Shown: positions 63,060-64,000 of the stretch, piece after piece | How the letters are laid out: each line of letters starts with the position of its first letter | Position numbering within the stretch: the first letter of the stretch is position 1 | NCBI RefSeq assembly: GCF_003918875.1 | Contig: NW_025765436.1 | Location: 496,001-560,000 of the forward strand | Source of the DNA: Haliotis rubra | Lineage: Eukaryota | Direction of reading: 5' to 3' | DNA: 64,000 nt | Notes under the pieces: model-generated | What the model was told of the DNA's origin: nothing | What the model saw: only the letters and a program-made list of their open reading frames with translations | The model's database searches: none | Made by a program: the position numbers and the translations under genes

Positions 63060-64000
63060 GTTGGTCCAGGCACTCGGTCTTTGGTGATAGGCAGTGATAT
63101 ATTTGATGACAGCTATGTAGGACTCTTTTGAAGGGGCTACATTTCCTTCAAGGACTTGAAGAGATCTTGTCCTGGCCTCTTTCCCACTGTCCACTCCATG
63201 GCATCTCTTCTTACTGTAGTGATTTCAGCATAGTACACCAAAGTATCCCAAACCTCATCCTCTGCTACCTAGTTGGTCTCTAACCATGATTTCACTCTTT
63301 AAGGCACTGGATCCTAACACTTCTTGCATGATTTATATACCGGACTGTGAGCCAATCACCAGGCTGACCCGATGAGATCACCATGCATATAGTCTCCATC
63401 TTGAAGGATGGAACCTCATGTGATTCAACACTTCCAGGTTGAGTATTGGATGGAGGCCGCTATCCTTAGTCATGATTTTGTCTTGAAGAACTCTCGCCTT
63501 GTCCCGGCTGGATGGCACTGGAGTGTGCCTAATCCCCTTGAATACCAGTGGGCCTCTCTTCCACTGTGGTAAATGACCTACTCTGAGAATGGATAACACC
63601 CAAGGATTGGTACGGCTTTTCATACTCTGCTGTAAACCGAGATAGGTGACCGCCCACAATTACCACGGGTAAGAGCGAGTGAGTCTCCTTTTTGCCAACA
63701 CCATTGGGGCACTTCACAGACCTAGCAGGGGGTCAAGGCAGACATAATTAAATGCAATACACAATAAACATGCGTACAACATTGGTCGACACTTTAACTT
63801 TATGCTTGTAGCTGTAGTCTTTCTTGAAAGACTGCTGGCGGAATTGATGAGAAGGACCATTGTTAAGGTATGGTTGGTAACGTGACTTTTGCGGGCGGAA
63901 TTTTGGACGTTCATGGGAGAACACCACTTTTTTCCCCATTTGTTTGGAATCACCAAAGTCCTTAATCTTCTTCTGAAGCTCATCCCCAAACAAATACTTG
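63060..64000 (-). mobile_element. Decayed DIRS-like retrotransposon (gag end and start of RT), continues past the right edge
   Basis: LFGDELQKKIKD (gag C-terminus), VGGHLSRF...TNPWVLSIL and KDSGLHPILNLEVLNH (DIRS RT K.DG.LRPILNL..LN motif); frameshifted. Confidence 0.72.

Overview
AT-rich, intron- and repeat-rich animal genomic DNA. The SINE repertoire suggests a mollusc, probably a gastropod such as abalone (inference, not tested). Four spliced genes were assembled by hand from GT-AG sites and codon phase. (1) The 5' six coding exons of NUP42/NUPL2 (minus, runs off the left edge). (2) A complete 15-coding-exon NMD3 (minus, about 504 aa). (3, 4) Two tandem paralogous BTB/POZ + 13 x C2H2 zinc-finger genes (plus); the first is head-to-head with NMD3, the second has a 1-nt frameshift and one extra intron. 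The rest is mobile DNA: at least four SINE families, several MITE families, Tc1 remnants, LINE 3' fragments, a DIRS remnant, four minisatellites and a noisy 3.1-kb tandem duplication. Best leads: a 3.85-kb TIR element with a 9-bp TSD carrying a Bel/Pao gag-protease fragment that itself holds a solo LTR; a minisatellite made of copies of an NMD3 splice acceptor; a near-perfect 46-bp array resembling a decayed minimal hammerhead ribozyme; and the diverging BTB-ZF pair. No CRISPR array, rRNA or true tRNA gene was found. All family names come from motif recognition, not database searches, and repeat boundaries are approximate unless a TSD is given.
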